NCBI GenBank assembly: GCA_029269125.1
Contig: JARHXX010000011.1
Span: forward strand, 1-64,000
Source: Kiritimatiellaeota bacterium B1221
GTDB lineage: Bacteria > Verrucomicrobiota > Kiritimatiellia > SS1-B-03-39 > UBA6053
Direction: 5' to 3'
DNA: 64,000 bases
Below the pieces are notes generated by a model. The model had not been told where the DNA came from, did no database searches, and worked only from the letters and a program-made list of their open reading frames with translations. Within the stretch, counting starts at the first letter, position 1. The number at the start of each line of letters is the position of its first letter. Of this stretch, positions 11,573 to 19,865 are shown in pieces. The translations under genes and the position numbers were made by a program.

Positions 11573-14500
11573 ATGAAAATAAAAAAACTTTTAGTCGCCA
11601 ACCGCAGTGAAATCGCCATCCGGGTCTTCCGCTCCGCCCACGAATTGGGCATCCGCACCGTGGCCATGTATTCCCACGAGGATCGCTTTTCCCTGCACCG
11701 ATTCAAAGCGGATGAAGCGTATCAAATCGGAGAAGCCGGCGAACCCATTCGCAACTATCTCGCCATCGAAAAGATCATCACCCTGGCGAAAGAACACAAT
11801 ATCGATGCCATTCATCCCGGATATGGTTTTCTCTCCGAAAATGCGGATTTTGCCCGCCGCTGTCGTGATGAAGGCATCCTGTTCGTTGGCCCGACTCCGG
11901 AAATGTTGGATGAGCTGGGCGACAAAACCGCCGCCCGGAATTTGGCCGGACGCGCGGGAGTGCCCATTCTCAGTGGAACCAAAAAAGCGGTTCGCTCCGG
12001 AAAAGAAGCTTTAACCCAAGCCGAAAAACTGGGCTTTCCGGTGATCCTGAAAGCCTCCATGGGAGGCGGTGGTCGCGGGATGCGGGTGGTGAAAACCGCC
12101 TCCGAGCTGGAACACGCCCTTGAACAGGCGCAAAGCGAAGCCCTCTCCGCCTTCGGTTGTGCGGATGTGTTTATCGAAAAGTTTATCGAACGCGCCCGGC
12201 ATATTGAAGTACAGCTCTTGGGCGATACCCACGGAAATCTGGTGCACCTCTACGAACGCGACTGCTCGGTGCAACGGCGTCATCAAAAAGTGGTGGAAAT
12301 TGCGCCCTCCCCCAACTTGAATACGGATCTTCGCAACGCCATCTGTGATGCCGCGGTGGCCATTGGCAAAGAAGTCAATTACTCCTGCGCCGGCACGGTG
12401 GAGTTTCTGGTCGATGCCGACACCAACCAGTTTTATTTTATCGAAGTGAATCCCCGCATTCAGGTCGAACACACCGTCACCGAAGAAGTCACCGGCATCG
12501 ATTTGGTGAAACGTCAAATCCTGGTGGTACAGGGGGCCAAACTCTCCGACGAAGAAGTCGGCCTGCCGGATCAAAACAAAGTGCATCTGCACGGTTTCGC
12601 CATCCAGTGTCGGGTCACCACTGAAGACCCCGCCAACAATTTTCTGCCTGATTACGGTAAGATCAGCCACTACCGCTCCTCCGGCGGTTCGGGAATTCGT
12701 CTGGATGCCGGCAGCGCATTCTCCGGGGCGGTGGTGACCCCATATTTTGATTCATTACTGGTAAAAGTCACCTCCCGCGGCACCCGCTTTATCGATGCCA
12801 TTCACCGTATGGAGAGAGCGCTGGCCGAATTCCGCATTCGCGGCGTGAAATCTAATATTCCATTCCTCACCCAGCTCATCACCCACCCCACCTTTTTAGA
12901 AGGAACCTGTACCACCCGGTTTATCGATAATACCCCGGTACTATTCGAAATGAAAACCCGCCGGGACCGGGCCAACCGCATGCTGATGTTCCTGGGCGAC
13001 CTCATGGTCAACGGCAATGAACTGGTCAAAGACCGTCCTGAAGCGCGCCGACGTGACCCTGCGCCGGTGCCCAGCTACCATCACGAGGAACCCCTGCCCC
13101 AGGGCACCCGGGATATTTTCAAAAAACTGGGCGGCGACGGCTTCTCCGAGTGGCTGGTGAAACAAAAAGGTCTGCTCATCACCGACACCAGTTTCCGCGA
13201 TGCCCAGCAATCGCTCCTGGCCACCCGCATGCGTACCACGGACATGGTGGAAATTGCCGAAGCCTACGCCCGGCTCTGCCCGCAGCTCTTCTCTCTGGAA
13301 ATGTGGGGCGGCGCCACCTTCGACACCTCCATGCGCTTCCTCAAAGAAGATCCCTGGGAACGTCTGGCCCGCATCCGCGAAAAAGCCCCCAACATGCTTT
13401 TACAAATGCTGTTGCGCGCCTCTTCGGCAGTGGGCTATTCCAACTATCCCGACAACGTGGTCCGCAACTTTGTGCGGGAAGCCGCCCATGCCGGACTGGA
13501 CGTGTTCCGTATCTTCGATGCCCTCAATTACCTGCCCAACATGAAAGTGGCCATGGAAGCCGCCCGCAAACACGATGCGATTTGCGAAGCGTGTATTTGC
13601 TATACCGGCGACATCCTCGATCCTTCCCGTCAAAAATATGACCTCGAATATTATCTGAATCTCGGTCGGGAACTCAAAAAAATGGGAGCCCACATCCTGG
13701 CGGTCAAAGATATGGCCGGCCTGCTCAAACCGGAAGCGGCCAAAGTGCTGATCAAAGCCCTCAAGGAAGAAACCGGCCTGCCCATTCACCTGCACACCCA
13801 CGACACCGCCGGCATTCAGGCGGCATCGATCCTCAATGCAGCCGATGTCAAACTCGACATCGCCGACGCCGCCATGGCTCCGCTGTCCGGCGGCACCTCC
13901 CAGCCCAATCTCAATACCCTGGTGGAAACCCTGCGCTTCACCAAACACAACACCGGCCTGAATCCGGATCATTTGGATGTGTTGGCCGAATACTGGCGGA
14001 ATGTGCGGGAATTCTACACCGCCTTTGAAAGCGAAACCCTGCCCGCCACCGCCGACCTGTACCGCCATGAAATGCCCGGCGGTCAATACACCAACCTCTA
14101 TCAACAGGCCCGTGCCCTCGGTTTGGCACAACAATGGCCCAAAGTTTGTAAAACCTACGCCGATGTGAATCAGCTCTTTGGCGACATTGTCAAAGTGACC
14201 CCCACCAGCAAGGCGGTAGGCGATATGGCGCTGTTTCTGGTGGCCAACGAACTGAAAGCCGAAGACACCCTCGATCCCAACCGGGAACTGGCCTTCCCCG
14301 CTTCAGTGAAAGATTTGGTCAGCGGACGCATGGGCAAGCCCCACGGCGGATTTCCCAAAGGGGTGGTCAACCGCATCCTGCGGGGAGAAAAACCCATGAA
14401 AGGTCGCGCCGGCGCCACCCTTCCCGCAGTTGATTTTGCGGCCGCAAAGGAAGAACTCCGCAAACTCCTTCCCTCCGAACCCACCGAACAGCAGGTGCTC

Positions 14501-15013
14501 TCCCACGTCCTGTATCCCAAGGTATACAGCGACTTTGCCAAACACCGAATCGAATTTGGTGACACCTCCGTACTTCCCACCCCGGTCTTTTTGCACGGCA
14601 TGCGTCAGGGCGAAGAAATCTCCATCGACATCGAATCCGGCAAAACGCTGATCATCAAATACGTGTCCACCTCCGATCCCCACGAGGACGGGACCCGCAC
14701 GGTCTTTTTCGAACTCAACGGCATTCCGCGTTCAGTCGATATTCGGGACAATTCTCTGGATGACGGTGCGGCCCACAAAGCCAAAGCCGATCCCACAGAT
14801 CCCACCCACCTCGGTTCCAGCATGCCCGGCATGGTGGTCACCGTGGCCGCCACCGAAGGCAATCAGGTCACCAAAGGACAAAAACTCCTCGTGCTCGAAG
14901 CCATGAAAATGGAAACCACCATCTACGCCGAAAAAGACGGCACCGTGGAACAGGTTCTGGTCAAAGCCGGCACCCAGGTGGATACCGGCGACCTCATGAT
15001 GGTGATTGCGTAA
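11573..15013 (+). CDS. pyc: Pyruvate carboxylase (biotin carboxylase, carboxyltransferase and biotinyl domains in one 1146-aa chain)
   Basis: N-terminal ATP-grasp biotin carboxylase (MKIKKLLVANRSEIAIRVFRSAHELGI..). Central HMGL-like carboxyltransferase. C-terminal EAMKME biotin attachment motif. Confidence 0.97.
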   Translation: MKIKKLLVANRSEIAIRVFRSAHELGIRTVAMYSHEDRFSLHRFKADEAYQIGEAGEPIRNYLAIEKIITLAKEHNIDAIHPGYGFLSENADFARRCRDEGILFVGPTPEMLDELGDKTAARNLAGRAGVPILSGTKKAVRSGKEALTQAEKLGFPVILKASMGGGGRGMRVVKTASELEHALEQAQSEALSAFGCADVFIEKFIERARHIEVQLLGDTHGNLVHLYERDCSVQRRHQKVVEIAPSPNLNTDLRNAICDAAVAIGKEVNYSCAGTVEFLVDADTNQFYFIEVNPRIQVEHTVTEEVTGIDLVKRQILVVQGAKLSDEEVGLPDQNKVHLHGFAIQCRVTTEDPANNFLPDYGKISHYRSSGGSGIRLDAGSAFSGAVVTPYFDSLLVKVTSRGTRFIDAIHRMERALAEFRIRGVKSNIPFLTQLITHPTFLEGTCTTRFIDNTPVLFEMKTRRDRANRMLMFLGDLMVNGNELVKDRPEARRRDPAPVPSYHHEEPLPQGTRDIFKKLGGDGFSEWLVKQKGLLITDTSFRDAQQSLLATRMRTTDMVEIAEAYARLCPQLFSLEMWGGATFDTSMRFLKEDPWERLARIREKAPNMLLQMLLRASSAVGYSNYPDNVVRNFVREAAHAGLDVFRIFDALNYLPNMKVAMEAARKHDAICEACICYTGDILDPSRQKYDLEYYLNLGRELKKMGAHILAVKDMAGLLKPEAAKVLIKALKEETGLPIHLHTHDTAGIQAASILNAADVKLDIADAAMAPLSGGTSQPNLNTLVETLRFTKHNTGLNPDHLDVLAEYWRNVREFYTAFESETLPATADLYRHEMPGGQYTNLYQQARALGLAQQWPKVCKTYADVNQLFGDIVKVTPTSKAVGDMALFLVANELKAEDTLDPNRELAFPASVKDLVSGRMGKPHGGFPKGVVNRILRGEKPMKGRAGATLPAVDFAAAKEELRKLLPSEPTEQQVLSHVLYPKVYSDFAKHRIEFGDTSVLPTPVFLHGMRQGEEISIDIESGKTLIIKYVSTSDPHEDGTRTVFFELNGIPRSVDIRDNSLDDGAAHKAKADPTDPTHLGSSMPGMVVTVAATEGNQVTKGQKLLVLEAMKMETTIYAEKDGTVEQVLVKAGTQVDTGDLMMVIA

Positions 15014-15048
15014 ACGCGTTCCGGAACCTGATTTTGGAGTCCCGCCTT

Positions 15049-15429
15049 CAGGGCCTGTTGATTTATTCGAAAATAGAAAATTTTTCTCGAAAAATATATC
15101 GATACATTAAAATGTTTCGAAAGCTTTTCACCGCAAGGATTTTTCGAAGTCTGAAAGACTTGGCTCACCGTAGCCAAGGGTTGAGCCTGTGAAACCCTTG
15201 GGGTTTCATAAACACACAAATAACTTACCCTGAAGGGGTTATGTATCTTTTTGATGTTTGTTTTTGGGTAGACATTAGGTGCGTAAGCCCTACAGGCTTC
15301 TTCTGTTTTCTACGCTTCCGAGGGTTTCGCAAGCTCAACCCTTGGCTAGGGTGCGCCGTCCCTTTCAGGGACAACTTATCGACGATTTCTTACTGAGATA
15401 GAAAATTTCCGCATAAATCAACAGGCCCT
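15049..15429. repeat. Nested inverted-repeat element of about 380 bp. Outer 17-bp IR is agggcctgttgatttat. Middle IR of about 25 bp is gctcaacccttggcta... Inner palindromes are gaaacccttggggtttc and gtccct-ttc-agggac. Candidate MITE or structured RNA.
   Basis: Inverted repeats read at 15049-15065 vs 15413-15429 and 15163-15190 vs 15329-15357. Direct repeat atagaaaattt lies adjacent to both outer arms. There is no ORF in the 560-bp gap. Confidence 0.55.
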
Positions 15430-15570
15430 TCACGCGGTTTTCCCCGGTCGTTAACGCCCCGGGGCAGGCAAATCCCAAACTTCTGCCTAACACCGGCTCT
15501 AAACTTATTTTTACATACTAGTACGTCTCTAGTCTTGTATTATATATAAACATTCCTTAGGGATATTTTT

Positions 15571-17538
15571 ATGAATATCCTGCCCCGCAGAATTTCTCTG
15601 CTTTTCCCCTCCCTCATTGCCGTCTTCAGCTTCTCCTCTCCCCGTATTATCGGGGACAACTTTTCCACAATCCTGGGTGAATTAAATGACCACCTTAAAG
15701 GAAACCGGGAACAGTCGGCGGCAGAACTGAAAGCCGCGGCCACAGTGATCCGGAAGGAAGCGGAGGCATTGGCGGACAATCCCACGCATATTCAAAAAGC
15801 CCTTTATCTGATCGGCCTCTACGATGACACCTTCGGCCCTCTCTTCCTCAGCGAATCCACCCGGGGCGGCTTTCCGCGTCAACCCGCGGGCGGACTGGAA
15901 CTGGAACGGGTAATGTTTGCCCTGCAGCAGGGGCTCATCGACCACGCTTACACTTCACACAACCTTCAGCGTTACCCTTCGCTGTATGAAGGTGCCGTCT
16001 TTGAAACCTCGACCTATTTCCCCGGCAAAGTGATGCCACCCGAAGATCCCGATGTCGTCCACAAAGTGGCCGTCAATGCTTCACAACCCGCAGCCTGGGG
16101 CAGTCCGGTTTTGGGACACGACCAACCTGCGCGCCGCCCCACCGGATGTTATGTGGCGCCGGGGAGTATCGTCCGAATCATCGTCCCGCCGGCGCTCATC
16201 AACAAGGGCTATGCCATCCGGGTGGGTGCCCACTCATGGAACCTCGAAAAGAAAAAAACCATACAACGTCTGGACCGGGTCTCCATCGTCTACCCCATCA
16301 CCGAAAGGGAAACCCGGGTCACCCACCCTCTCGGGGGCGGCATCTATCTGGAAGTCCCCTACGAAGCCTCCGCCGGCATCGCCACCCTCTACTTTAAAAA
16401 TGTGGTCCGCGCCCCCTTCTTTTCCGCCCGCAGCTTCGCTCCCACTTCACTTGAAGAATGGAAAAATTCCGAGCGCCTACACCCGGCGCCCTGGGCGGAC
16501 TTTGAATCCGACAAATTTATGATGCAGGTCCCCAGCAACTGGATCTACGCCCTGGAAGATCCGGTTCGACTGATGCAGGACTGGGATCTGGCCATGGATG
16601 CGGTTACGGAATTATTCGGACTCCCCCCGCGACTTCCAAAATCAGTGCTGTATCTTCAGGTCGATATCACCATGCGCGGCAACGCCAATTATCCCGGATA
16701 CCCCCAATCCAATTATCCCTATAATCCACTCAAAGACGAAAAGGGAAAATCGAATCACTGGATGGTACGGGGGCCGCAGTACGCCGACTGGACGGTTTTC
16801 CACGAAGTCGGTCACGCCATGGCTTTTACCAAATTCCGGGGAGAAGTCGAAGCCGTGGTCAATTTGCCGACCGTCGCGGTACTGAACCGGAAGTTCAACG
16901 TCGACCTGAATACCGCCTTTGGCCGGTCCGTACTCAGGAAAGAGCAGATCTCATTGGATCAGGCGGCCATTCAGTGGATGATTACCGAAAATTTCCGGCA
17001 GGGAAACCCCATGAATATTTCCAACAAACCCGGGGATGAAGTAAAGTATCAACACCGCGGATATGCCAAGTATGTCGAAATCGTCAACCTTTTCGGCTGG
17101 GAGGCCCTCTCCCGCTTTTGGCATTCCGTGCATCTGGATTACATGAAAGGGGTGACTTATCCCCGAAACACAGATCCCACCGACAGTCGTATCCTGCGCA
17201 TGTCCAAGGCGGCCGGCGCCGATCTCACCCCGCTGATTCATTTCTGGGGCGTCCAGCCCGAATCGCCGGAAACCCTGGCCAAAGAAATGCGCAAAGCGGG
17301 TTTACGTCCCTCCGAAGCCATCCATAAACGTCTGCGGCATTACCAGACCCTCATTCCCATGGACAACGCCGCCTTTCGCGCCCACACCGAACTTATTTAC
17401 CCCAAAGGACTCGGCACCCCCAAAAATCTGCTCTACGGTGAAGGCTGGTATTCCGTCTGGTTGCCCCAATACACCGCCGCCCACGGAGAGGCCGCCCAAG
17501 TCGCCCTGCAGAAAATCATCGACCGCTATTTTCCTTAA
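15571..17538 (+). CDS. Secreted zinc metallopeptidase-like protein (HEXXH motif HEVGH; possibly M60/enhancin-like)
   Basis: Signal peptide (MNILPRRISLLFPSLIAVFSFSSP). WTVFHEVGHAMAF with a downstream Glu. 655 aa. Confidence 0.6.
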   Translation: MNILPRRISLLFPSLIAVFSFSSPRIIGDNFSTILGELNDHLKGNREQSAAELKAAATVIRKEAEALADNPTHIQKALYLIGLYDDTFGPLFLSESTRGGFPRQPAGGLELERVMFALQQGLIDHAYTSHNLQRYPSLYEGAVFETSTYFPGKVMPPEDPDVVHKVAVNASQPAAWGSPVLGHDQPARRPTGCYVAPGSIVRIIVPPALINKGYAIRVGAHSWNLEKKKTIQRLDRVSIVYPITERETRVTHPLGGGIYLEVPYEASAGIATLYFKNVVRAPFFSARSFAPTSLEEWKNSERLHPAPWADFESDKFMMQVPSNWIYALEDPVRLMQDWDLAMDAVTELFGLPPRLPKSVLYLQVDITMRGNANYPGYPQSNYPYNPLKDEKGKSNHWMVRGPQYADWTVFHEVGHAMAFTKFRGEVEAVVNLPTVAVLNRKFNVDLNTAFGRSVLRKEQISLDQAAIQWMITENFRQGNPMNISNKPGDEVKYQHRGYAKYVEIVNLFGWEALSRFWHSVHLDYMKGVTYPRNTDPTDSRILRMSKAAGADLTPLIHFWGVQPESPETLAKEMRKAGLRPSEAIHKRLRHYQTLIPMDNAAFRAHTELIYPKGLGTPKNLLYGEGWYSVWLPQYTAAHGEAAQVALQKIIDRYFP

Positions 17539-17756
17539 CGCAAGGCCCCTTTCAAATTTATTGAGAACTGAAAGTCCTGGCACTCAACCCAATACTTTTG
17601 CACGAATATTTGACAGGGGACCACAGAGGAGAAAAACCACACCGCACCGCAAATGTGACCATCCAAAATCCCCTCTTCCCCCCAAAATAATCCGGAAACT
17701 CCATAAATACCTTTTTTAGGTTTATAATATTTTATGCAGTATGAATTGTCTTGTAT

Positions 17757-17856
17757 GGGCTGATTAAAAACACAATGCGGGCTGAAGGTTCGCTCGAATA
17801 ACGGCATAGACACGGGTGCATTCGAGCGGACCATCAGCCCGCCTCACTTTTTTTTA
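17757..17856 (+). terminator. Long imperfect hairpin (about 23-bp stem, 20-nt loop) followed by a T8 run; intrinsic terminator or small-RNA 3' end
   Basis: gcgggctgaaggttcgctcgaat..loop..attcgagcggaccatcagcccgc, then ctcac-tttttttt. It sits 220 bp past the upstream gene stop. Confidence 0.5.
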
Positions 17857-17866
17857 ACTTGATCGT

Positions 17867-17950
17867 CCCAGCCCTTCGGACTGGGCGAAAATTCGGTCGG
17901 ACCTACGGCCCGGAAACCATTGCAAGTCCCCCTTATCTTAGTGCCATTCA
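17867..17950. repeat. Dispersed repeat family, copy A (cccagcccttcggactgggcgaaaattcggtcggacctacggcccggaaaccattgcaagtcccccttatcttagtgccattca)
   Basis: About 90% identical over roughly 70 bp to the reverse complement of 39045-39122. The motif cctacggccc is shared with 40569-40710. Confidence 0.75.
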
Positions 17951-18145
17951 AGGCAGACCGCTTTTCAGCATTTTCAGGGCGTCCTCAACCCGGAAAATCC
18001 ACAGAAGCCCGGAATACCCTTTGTATTCCTAATGACTTTGTGAGACATTTACATTCTCTATTCTCTACTTCCCGCCTGCCGTCTCTGCTGCGCATCGCGC
18101 CCCCTACCCTGTTCTAACTTTTTATGTCTTTTATAATCGCGGAAA

Positions 18146-18661
18146 ATGGGGTCTATAGAACACACTGCAACTGTTAGAAAAAATAATCCTATGGACTCAC
18201 ACGAAGTAATCAAAAAGACCCTTTCCGGCGCCGGTGTTAAATCGGTGGCCGCGGACATGAATCTATCCCCCTCCCTCATCTACAAGTGGTGTGAAGCCAA
18301 AGGTGAGGACAATAGCGGCGCGGACAACCCTTTGGACCGCCTGCTGAACCTCTGTCAGGTCACAGGCAACCACAGTCCCATCGTTTGGCTCTGCGAGCAA
18401 ATGAACGCATTTTATGTGGAAAATGTGACCCCGGACATGCAGGAGGAGGAAATGGAAGTGCTGAAAATGACCCAGCGCATTCTTCGCGAGTTTTCCGATA
18501 TGCTGGATATGGTCGCCCAGTCCATGGCCAATGACAACGGCATCGACAAAAAGGAAGCCCGGGACATCCGTGCGGAATGGGAAGATCTCAAACGGGTGGC
18601 CGAACAATTTGTGTTAGGCTGCGAAATGGGCGTTTTCGCTCCGGAAACTGAAGTGAAATAA
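18146..18661 (+). CDS. Phage regulatory protein CII (CP76 family)-like HTH regulator
   Basis: The 171-aa segment SVAADMNLSPSLIYKWCEAKGEDNSGADNPLDRLLNLCQVTGNHSPIVWLCEQMN matches the LNPDQPHLLTLEELIALTKASGDSRILDGFLAELG architecture of 186-CII/CP76 proteins. This is a recalled alignment, not a computed one. Confidence 0.5.
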   Translation: MGSIEHTATVRKNNPMDSHEVIKKTLSGAGVKSVAADMNLSPSLIYKWCEAKGEDNSGADNPLDRLLNLCQVTGNHSPIVWLCEQMNAFYVENVTPDMQEEEMEVLKMTQRILREFSDMLDMVAQSMANDNGIDKKEARDIRAEWEDLKRVAEQFVLGCEMGVFAPETEVK

Positions 18662-18663
18662 CC

Positions 18664-19230
18664 ATGCCTATCCTCGAAAACATTCGAAAATTGGCCAGAG
18701 CGAACCTTTCTCAATGGTTAAACGAAAGCGAAACCCCGGAAACGGAAATTGAAGCCAAAATCCGCGAATTGGAAGACGGCGCGGTTCAGGCAAAGAATAC
18801 CCTGGCCCATTTTGTGGTGAGCTACAAACGTATGGAACAAAATATCCAGGATCTACAGGCAACGGCGGAGGATCAATCCACAAGGGCAGAAAAGGCCTTA
18901 CGCTCGGGAGACGAAGCATCCGCCCGCCGGGCACTTCACGCCAAAATCAAAGCGGCAAACCGTGCGGACAACCTCATGCCTGTCCTGGAAAGCCGCCGCG
19001 AAACCTACCATGAACTCCAGGAATCCCTGGTGGAAATTCATGCCCAACTGAATTTGGCCCGGGCCAAAATGATGGATGTCCGGGCTTCAGAAATTTGCTG
19101 CGAATCCCCTCTTGAGGCACCGGACGATGTACAAACCACCCCTTCAGGACCAACAGTACGTCATCAACAAATCGAAGCGGAACTGAAAAGCTTGCAACAA
19201 AAAATCACCGGGTCTACATCTGAGGAATGA
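18664..19230 (+). CDS. pspA: PspA/IM30 family protein (phage-shock protein A / Vipp1-like, ESCRT-III superfamily)
   Basis: 188-aa all-helical coiled-coil. Its N-terminus (ENIRKLARANLSQWLNESETPETEIEAKIRELEDGAVQAKNTLAHFVVSYKR) parallels E. coli PspA ([49 protein letters not shown]). The start is 3 nt after the upstream stop. Confidence 0.75.
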   Translation: MPILENIRKLARANLSQWLNESETPETEIEAKIRELEDGAVQAKNTLAHFVVSYKRMEQNIQDLQATAEDQSTRAEKALRSGDEASARRALHAKIKAANRADNLMPVLESRRETYHELQESLVEIHAQLNLARAKMMDVRASEICCESPLEAPDDVQTTPSGPTVRHQQIEAELKSLQQKITGSTSEE

Positions 19231-19862
19231 ATGAGATGAAGGAATTATTTGAAGCCAGCTTTAACGTCGTCAACCTACCGGCAACATTACTTTTAATCAT
19301 GATCCTTTTGCATTGGATCATCGTGATCATCGGGGCGATGGACATGATTTCCATTGATTCGGAACTGGATTTCGAACTGGATATGGACGGCGAAGGCGGC
19401 GGATTCGATAAAGGAGACTTTATTCTCGAATACTTTAATGCCAAATACATCCCTATCTCGATACTGATGAGTATTTTCGCCCTGAGTTTTTGGGCCATCA
19501 GCATGTATGCCAACTGGTATATCCACCAAAATGAAAATGGCTGGATGGGCTTGGCCATCTTTGCCGGCAACCTGATTGTCAGCGCCCACATCACTAAATT
19601 TGCCACCCAACCCCTCATCCCCATCTTTAAATCGATGCGGGAACAAATGTCCGACAACATGAACCTGGTGGGAAAAACCGTGATCGTCACCTCGTCAAAA
19701 GCCGATGCAAAATTCGGCCAGGGTCAGATTCGTTTGGACGGTCCTGAAATCACTTTAAACGTCCGCACCGCCGGGGAAGAACTTCCCCGCGGCACCGAGG
19801 CGGTCATTTTACAACACGAACCCGCAACCGATATTTACCTCATCACCCAATTGGAGATCTAA
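19227..19862 (+). CDS. YqiJ-like inner-membrane protein with a C-terminal NfeD-type OB-fold (flotillin partner)
   Basis: Two TM helices then a soluble C-terminus (GKTVIVTSSKADAKFGQGQIRLDGPEITLNVRT..). It overlaps the pspA stop by 4 nt and precedes the flotillin gene, as in E. coli yqiJK. Confidence 0.65.
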   Translation: MNEMKELFEASFNVVNLPATLLLIMILLHWIIVIIGAMDMISIDSELDFELDMDGEGGGFDKGDFILEYFNAKYIPISILMSIFALSFWAISMYANWYIHQNENGWMGLAIFAGNLIVSAHITKFATQPLIPIFKSMREQMSDNMNLVGKTVIVTSSKADAKFGQGQIRLDGPEITLNVRTAGEELPRGTEAVILQHEPATDIYLITQLEI

Positions 19863-19865
19863 GTC

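Noticed and set aside
11382-18145. Looked for tRNA or tmRNA genes in the long intergenic regions (11.4, 15.0-15.6, 17.5-18.1, 37.7-38.1, 38.9-39.3 and 40.5-40.85 kb)
   Set aside because: There is no GTTCGAATC-type T-loop with a matching acceptor stem, and no cloverleaf could be assembled by eye. The structures found are better described as IR elements and repeats.
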